From a virus (Duplodnaviria > Caudoviricetes): DNA of 30,482 nt. Every line of letters starts with the position of its first letter. Position 1 is the first letter of the stretch. A model generated the notes under the pieces. That model searched no databases, was not told the origin of the DNA, and saw only the letters and a program-made list of their open reading frames with translations. Below are positions 25,835 through 30,482 of this stretch, in pieces. The position numbers and the translations under genes were made by a program. The DNA is taken from positions 1-30,482 of IMG/VR virus record IMGVR_UViG_3300005512_000221. One strand, 5' to 3'.

Positions 25835-26248
25835 ATGCCAGTAAGATTAGTTACATCTTTAACAACAGCGCAGGCGATAGCAGTCGCAAACGCAATCGAT
25901 GCAGGGCCTGGAGCCGGTATCATCCAGTTCAGGACTGGTTCGCAGAATACAGACCCCGACAGCGCTGCTGCCGGGACAGAAGTCGCAACGTTGACATTTA
26001 GTGACCCTTGCACTGCGTCCGTTGTCGACGGGCTGCTTACTTTCGGCCCCATCAGCAGTGACACAAACGCCACAGGGGGTGTCATAGGGCATGCCCGGAT
26101 CGCCACTTCGGCAGATGCGACCGTTTTTGAGTGCGATGTCTCGGCAACTGGAGGCGGCGGAACGATTGAGTTGTCATCACTCACAATCGGTGCAGGCGAT
26201 ACTGTTTCCATGTCTGCCTTTACTTACGATGTTCCAGACGGAGTATAA
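25835..26248 (+). CDS. Small beta-rich virion (fibre subunit-like) protein
   Basis: TAAGGAG RBS; 137 aa; IDAG.GAG.I..RTGSQ..DPD.AA.GT..ATLTFSDP, HARI, GGGG.I.L....I.AG..V. Confidence 0.75.
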   Translation: MPVRLVTSLTTAQAIAVANAIDAGPGAGIIQFRTGSQNTDPDSAAAGTEVATLTFSDPCTASVVDGLLTFGPISSDTNATGGVIGHARIATSADATVFECDVSATGGGGTIELSSLTIGAGDTVSMSAFTYDVPDGV

Positions 26249-26251
26249 ATA

Positions 26252-26620
26252 ATGGCTGCTGCTGACCCAACACATCAAATATTGGCGCCTTTCCCGGAGC
26301 AGGGAGCTCGAGGCATCCAGTTCGATTTTACTGACACGGATGGTTCAGCGGCAACCCCTGCATCTTTAAAATGGAGCCTGGTTGATGACGCTGAAACCCC
26401 AATAAATAGCAGAGAGAATGTTGTTATCGCTTCACCAGCAGCCTCTCAGGTGGTTGTGCTGGCCGGTAACGATTTGCAGATAGTGTCTGCAGGTAATGGG
26501 TTTGAGGAGCGGCATCTGGTTTTGGAGGGGACGTATAACTCGATAACATTAGGGAACAATATCCCGTTTAAAAAACAGGTGACGTTCCGGGTGAAAAACC
26601 TCAAAAAGGTGTCATCATGA
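26252..26620 (+). CDS. Hypothetical Ig-like adaptor (possible fibre base/anchor)
   Basis: 122 aa; F.FTD.DG....P..L.W.L.D pattern reminiscent of BppU-N-like domains. Confidence 0.55.
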   Translation: MAAADPTHQILAPFPEQGARGIQFDFTDTDGSAATPASLKWSLVDDAETPINSRENVVIASPAASQVVVLAGNDLQIVSAGNGFEERHLVLEGTYNSITLGNNIPFKKQVTFRVKNLKKVSS

Positions 26621-27915
26621 ACTGGCTGATAGTATTGTTTTTCCTGCTGCCGCGTTTTGCGTTCGGGGCTGAGATGTCAAGTTTCCTTGATCATGGGCTG
26701 CCAGCCACAGCAAGTGACTATATATTGACATACGACGCGTCTAAGGTGGGTCCGCTGAGGGCAACAAAAATCAATTTTAATGGATTGGGTGACAGTTCTT
26801 TGCGCGGAGATGGATCGTTTTCTTCTAACGGAGTCGACGAGGTTGTCTACCAATCTCAATGTGGCGGCATTACAAGCGGTTTTTGCGTAGATACTGACGA
26901 CGGCAAGCTGTATGCCCACGCTAATTCAACCGTTGTTGAAATACTCGCAGTCAAACCCGATGGCGGAGGATATGGCTGGTTGTCAACAGAAGATCCGGAC
27001 TCAAGATTGTCCATTCTGGCCGGTGTTGCTGCTGACACAAATGCCCCTCGGCTACAGTTAATCTCAAATCTTGACGCCGATACGCTCTATCGTGGGTGGG
27101 CTGTTGTGGATTATGGCTCAAGCAATTCAACATTGACAGACGCGCGATTTACCGTCCGTTATTTTTATGACGACGCCGGGACTCCAAGGTTGAAAAGAAT
27201 GATGGTGGCGCGAGATGACGGCCTCCAGTTTTATGCCCATCCATCCGCCCCGGCCGATGACGATTTTTATTGGGGCCAGTGGTCGCTATGGCTCGATGAA
27301 GCAAATAACGAGTTTGAGCTGAAGGCCAGAAAGACAGACGGCACATTTATTTCTCAGACGGTTGGCACAGGCGGTGGTGGTGCTGATGAGATTGTCTATC
27401 TTGCCGACTGCAGCGGCATTACCAACGGCTTCTGCATAGATACTGATGACGGCAATTTGTATTTTCACGACGGCTCGGCGGTGACCCTTGTGGCCGCCAA
27501 CTCTTTTGACCTGAACTCTCCAGGGCCTATAGGGTCTGTAACCCCTGGCACAGGAGTGTTTACGGCCTTAACAGCGGATTCGCTCACTCTTTCCCCGCCG
27601 TTATCTGGGCAGACAGGTGAAATATACGCATCTGAAGACCCTGACAACGGCAACAACGTTGTGGGATGGAAGGCACCGTCATCCCTTGCGGCTGACGCCC
27701 TGTTTGTCATGCCCAACACCGATGGAACAGCAAACCAGGTAATGGCCACAAACGGAGGAAAAATATTGTCATGGATTACCGCCGCCAAGGTTGTCTCGGT
27801 TCCAGCGTCAGCGTCCGATATGTGTACGGCCGGGACATGGGCCTACGATTCCTCTTATATGTATGTCTGTGTGGCGGAAAGCACATGGCTCAGAGCTGGC
27901 CTGGCGACATGGTAA
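26617..27915 (+). CDS. Fibre-like protein with apparent signal peptide and duplicated Cys-pair module
   Basis: MNWLIVLFFLLPRFAFGA leader; repeat DE.VY...C.GIT.GFC.DTDDG.LY x2; DGTANQV.ATNG...LSW fibre motif; C-terminal PAS....AG..AYD..Y.YVC....W.R..L..W. Confidence 0.7.
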   Translation: MNWLIVLFFLLPRFAFGAEMSSFLDHGLPATASDYILTYDASKVGPLRATKINFNGLGDSSLRGDGSFSSNGVDEVVYQSQCGGITSGFCVDTDDGKLYAHANSTVVEILAVKPDGGGYGWLSTEDPDSRLSILAGVAADTNAPRLQLISNLDADTLYRGWAVVDYGSSNSTLTDARFTVRYFYDDAGTPRLKRMMVARDDGLQFYAHPSAPADDDFYWGQWSLWLDEANNEFELKARKTDGTFISQTVGTGGGGADEIVYLADCSGITNGFCIDTDDGNLYFHDGSAVTLVAANSFDLNSPGPIGSVTPGTGVFTALTADSLTLSPPLSGQTGEIYASEDPDNGNNVVGWKAPSSLAADALFVMPNTDGTANQVMATNGGKILSWITAAKVVSVPASASDMCTAGTWAYDSSYMYVCVAESTWLRAGLATW

Positions 27916-28307
27916 GGCGCTTCTTTTTATTTTTTTTATTCTTTTTATTCTTTTTGATCCCGGCGACTTCCTCGGCCGAGACCTGGGATCTGACGTTTAC
28001 ATGGAATGATGGTGCGGATTGGTCTGGGGCTTGCACTACCGTCAATGTTGTTATTTCCGCAAATAATTTTGTTATCTGCTCCAAAACTGATGACGACAAC
28101 AATATACTTTCATGTGTTTTTGATTTTGATCCAGGCGTTGTTAAGTTTACCGCGAGGGCTGATTGCCATGACTCTAGTGGGGCATGGGCTGGAAGCAGCA
28201 AGCCGACAGGCTTCCGTGACGCAACGTATCTCCTGGTGGGGGCTGGCGTGGTGGAGAAAACATCGGCTTTCAGGCCTAGTGGCAATTTCGGGGCGAGAAG
28301 TCAGTGA
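27909..28307 (+). CDS. Signal-peptide protein, Cys-containing beta domain
   Basis: ATG 27909 overlapping the previous stop; MVRRFFLFFLFFLFFLIPATSSA|ETW leader; 4 Cys. Confidence 0.7.
   Translation: MVRRFFLFFLFFLFFLIPATSSAETWDLTFTWNDGADWSGACTTVNVVISANNFVICSKTDDDNNILSCVFDFDPGVVKFTARADCHDSSGAWAGSSKPTGFRDATYLLVGAGVVEKTSAFRPSGNFGARSQ
27921..27956 (+). repeat. 9-bp tandem repeat (TTYTTTTTR x4) with T8 run
   Basis: TTCTTTTTA TTTTTTTTA TTCTTTTTA TTCTTTTTG encoding FFL x4. Confidence 0.85.
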
Positions 28308-28483
28308 TTGTCGGCAGCAAGGAATATTTCGATACCGGCAAAAAGATTCTCGCTGACATGGGCTATGTGCCGATCATGAAAGAGCTTGCCGTTGATTATA
28401 TCCTTGGCTTGAGTAAGCCGATTGTCATTAAGACGAGCCCGAGGAATTTTGACAAGGTGATAAAAATTAAAAATGTTGCTTAG
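28304..28483 (+). CDS. Hypothetical 59-aa protein (below ORF-track cutoff)
   Basis: GTGA overlap with the upstream stop; MIVGSKEYFDTGKKILADMGYVPIMKELAVDYILGLSKPIVIKTSPRNFDKVIKIKNVA fills the gap to the next RBS. Confidence 0.6.
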   Translation: MIVGSKEYFDTGKKILADMGYVPIMKELAVDYILGLSKPIVIKTSPRNFDKVIKIKNVA

Positions 28484-28498
28484 AAAAGGAGAGGCGTG

Positions 28499-28876
28499 AT
28501 GCCTGTAGATGTTGTAACTGGGGCCAGTGGTGTCGTTGGCGCGGCTGGTGGTGGTGGGTTTGTTTGGTGGCTGATCAATAAATTAGACCGCGAGCGGAAC
28601 GCACGGCTTGAGGCAATGGAAAAAGCGATTAAAGCCCTGGAGACTAAAGTTGGCAGCGGACTGGTGAGCAAGGAAATGTGTACCCTGAATATGGAGTCAA
28701 GCGGGAAAGATGTCACGTCATTAAAGTGTTTGATGGAAAAAGTACAACAAGCGAACCGTGACGAACATAAGGTCCTGGTTAGCGTCTTGAAGGAGCTGCG
28801 GGGCTATCAGGTTGAGATGAATAAGGCTGTTACCGATTTGGCGGTGAAACTGGCCGGTAATGGAAACGGCAAATGA
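28499..28876 (+). CDS. Putative holin/antiholin-like membrane protein
   Basis: Strong RBS; Gly-rich hydrophobic N terminus ending FVWWLINK, then coiled coil; ATGA-coupled to the putative lysin. Confidence 0.5.
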   Translation: MPVDVVTGASGVVGAAGGGGFVWWLINKLDRERNARLEAMEKAIKALETKVGSGLVSKEMCTLNMESSGKDVTSLKCLMEKVQQANRDEHKVLVSVLKELRGYQVEMNKAVTDLAVKLAGNGNGK

Positions 28877-29274
28877 AAATAGTCGAGCTTCTTCGCCTGG
28901 AGGAATCTGACCAGGGCACCATCGGGATCCTCAAGATCCAGAAGGAGGTTTTCTGCTTTACCCTGGAGCCTCCGGACAGGCTTAACGAGCTTAATCGATC
29001 CTCTATCCACCCAAAACAATACACCTGCAGGCCGTATCTTTCCGCCAAACATGGCCAGACCTTCCAGGTTATGGATGTCCCCGGCCGCACGGGGATCCTC
29101 TTTCATGCTGGCAACAAGGTGCAAGATACCGAGGGCTGTATCCTGGTCGGCTCTCATCCCGACAAGCTCAAGGGCGACCGGGCTGTGCTCAATTCCGGCG
29201 CCACACTCAAACGCTTTGCCGAGGCCGTCGGTGTCGGCGAGGCATTTCACCTTACTATTTCGGAGTGTTATTAA
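28873..29274 (+). CDS. DUF5675-family protein, putative endolysin
   Basis: GTIG.L....FCFTLEPP, VPGRTGILFHAGN...DTEGCILVG...VLNS signature. Confidence 0.85.
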   Translation: MKIVELLRLEESDQGTIGILKIQKEVFCFTLEPPDRLNELNRSSIHPKQYTCRPYLSAKHGQTFQVMDVPGRTGILFHAGNKVQDTEGCILVGSHPDKLKGDRAVLNSGATLKRFAEAVGVGEAFHLTISECY

Positions 29275-29279
29275 TTAAT

Positions 29280-29396
29280 ATGGCGTTCCATTATCTATGC
29301 AAAACCTGCTGGCACCATTTCGAAATCATAGGCGGCACGGGATCAATAATAGGAACCTGTGATGAGTGCGGTGCGGAGGCGATTAGGGTGGATTGA
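29280..29396 (+). CDS. 38-aa zinc-ribbon microprotein (not in ORF track)
   Basis: MAFHYLCKTCWHHFEIIGGTGSIIGTCDECGAEAIRVD; Y.C..C...FE...C..CG FmdB-like pattern; fills the intergenic gap. Confidence 0.65.
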   Translation: MAFHYLCKTCWHHFEIIGGTGSIIGTCDECGAEAIRVD

Positions 29397-29397
29397 C

Positions 29398-29553
29398 ATG
29401 GCTCACAGGGTCTGCATCGAGCAATCGTACCATTTTAAATGTGGCTGCTGCGGCATGTGGTGGTCGGTTGTCTGCTATGACCCTGGGGCGCTCAAAGAAG
29501 CCACATGCCCCCATTGCAGTAAAAGAGATTTGATTGAAAAGGCGACGAAATGA
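29398..29553 (+). CDS. 51-aa zinc-ribbon microprotein
   Basis: YHFKCGCCGMWWS...CPHC; starts 1 nt after the previous stop and ATGA-coupled to the next gene. Confidence 0.7.
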   Translation: MAHRVCIEQSYHFKCGCCGMWWSVVCYDPGALKEATCPHCSKRDLIEKATK

Positions 29554-30329
29554 TCATCATATCGACACGCGACAAATTTACGGACCCGGACAGGTTTTCT
29601 CAGAGCCGTTACTATATGGCCAAGGAGCTCAACGGCGACCCATGGGGCCAGGTATTTATCGACGGCAATGACTTGATGACCAAACTTTCAGGAAAGAAGA
29701 TCCTGCTCCTGGTCCACGGGTACAACAACGAGTTCGATGAGATGTATGACGCCTACAGCACGATTGTTCAACATTGTATGACATTGTATGACATGGTGCT
29801 TGGATTTTCGTGGCCAGGTGGCGATCACGGCTTTGAGTGGTTGTCGGCTAAGGCTCGGGCAAACGCAGCAGCTCTCAGACTCAGGAAGCTCATAGAAGAC
29901 ATTTCTGAGCATACGGCGTCCATTGATATTATGAGCCATTCCCTCGGCGGACGAGTAACGATGAAGGCCCTGCGCGGGTGCCCTGTAGGGATCAGGAATT
30001 ATTACGCCACGGCGCCGGCATGTGACAACGAGTGCCTTGAGCCTGGAGAGGAATTTTTCCGGAAAAATCTGGCCTGTGAAAACATATACATCATGCACTC
30101 ACGGCGGGATCCGGTGTTGAAAATAGCGTATTCTGCAGCGGAATGGGATCATGCCCTTGGGCTCACCGGCCCGGAAAACCCGAGTTTCGTCCTGGCCTCT
30201 GACGGTCTTTTCGTAGTGAACTGCAAAAATACGGTGCGGAGACACGGCGGCTATAAGCACTGCCAGGAGCTCTTTTCCTACATCGAGGCCGCCAATGCGT
30301 CGAGCGTTGATCGTTTTACTACTCTGTAG
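29550..30329 (+). CDS. Alpha/beta hydrolase, DUF900-like esterase/lipase
   Basis: LLVHGYNN, FSWP, SHSLGG nucleophile elbow, HS..D.VL, terminal H..Y. Confidence 0.88.
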   Translation: MIIISTRDKFTDPDRFSQSRYYMAKELNGDPWGQVFIDGNDLMTKLSGKKILLLVHGYNNEFDEMYDAYSTIVQHCMTLYDMVLGFSWPGGDHGFEWLSAKARANAAALRLRKLIEDISEHTASIDIMSHSLGGRVTMKALRGCPVGIRNYYATAPACDNECLEPGEEFFRKNLACENIYIMHSRRDPVLKIAYSAAEWDHALGLTGPENPSFVLASDGLFVVNCKNTVRRHGGYKHCQELFSYIEAANASSVDRFTTL

Positions 30330-30482
30330 CCTGGCTGGCTGCCTTCACGTCCATACTCACGACACGATCATTATAAACAATCCCACTGTTGTAATCAGCG
30401 CCCAAAAGTAAACAAATTAACCTGCCCTGGTCTTTAAAAGCATGAAAGGCGAGGTCGTAGGCATGGGCCACTTTCAAGCATG

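Noticed and set aside
26836-27492. Diversity-generating retroelement TR/VR pair
   Set aside because: Both copies are in frame within one gene, differences are not adenine-specific, and no reverse transcriptase is in the window.
2073-27908. ORF-track starts at 2073, 13861, 21193, 21705, 24069 and 27771
   Set aside because: They overlap upstream genes; downstream starts (2259, 13924, 21205, 21714, 24108, 27909) have an RBS, stop-start coupling or a much shorter overlap.
30330-30482. Terminator, att site or tRNA at the window end
   Set aside because: No clear stem plus U-tract, cloverleaf or repeated core is visible; the context is truncated.

Overview
This window is a continuous, all plus-strand late (virion morphogenesis and lysis) operon of a lambda-like tailed phage or prophage with a non-contractile tail. 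Gene order: GpA-type terminase large subunit, small HTH gene, gpW-like head-tail joiner, lambda-type portal, protease-scaffold-major capsid fusion, DUF2190 capsid protein, neck and tail-completion genes, tail tube, tail assembly chaperone with a -1 frameshift extension (missing from the ORF track), tape measure, distal tail/DUF1833/NlpC-P60 genes and a ~1650-aa J-like tail tip. A lower-GC accessory block (~18.9-28.5 kb) follows, then a putative lysis module and a DUF900-like hydrolase. Four things are not explained by a standard phage annotation. (1) A family of ~70-bp CACAGAG palindromes with a conserved A-rich spacer, plus heptamer arrays, sits at gene junctions of the high-GC head/neck/tail block only. 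(2) Two long strand-repeat proteins lie near two ~130-aa beta-rich proteins and share one repeat unit, suggesting a modular scaffold-plus-subunit fibre. (3) A translationally coupled nucleotidyltransferase / S8 protease / TadA-like deaminase cassette is embedded in that fibre locus. (4) Several fibre-region proteins carry apparent signal peptides. All family assignments come from motif recognition and synteny; no database searches were run.
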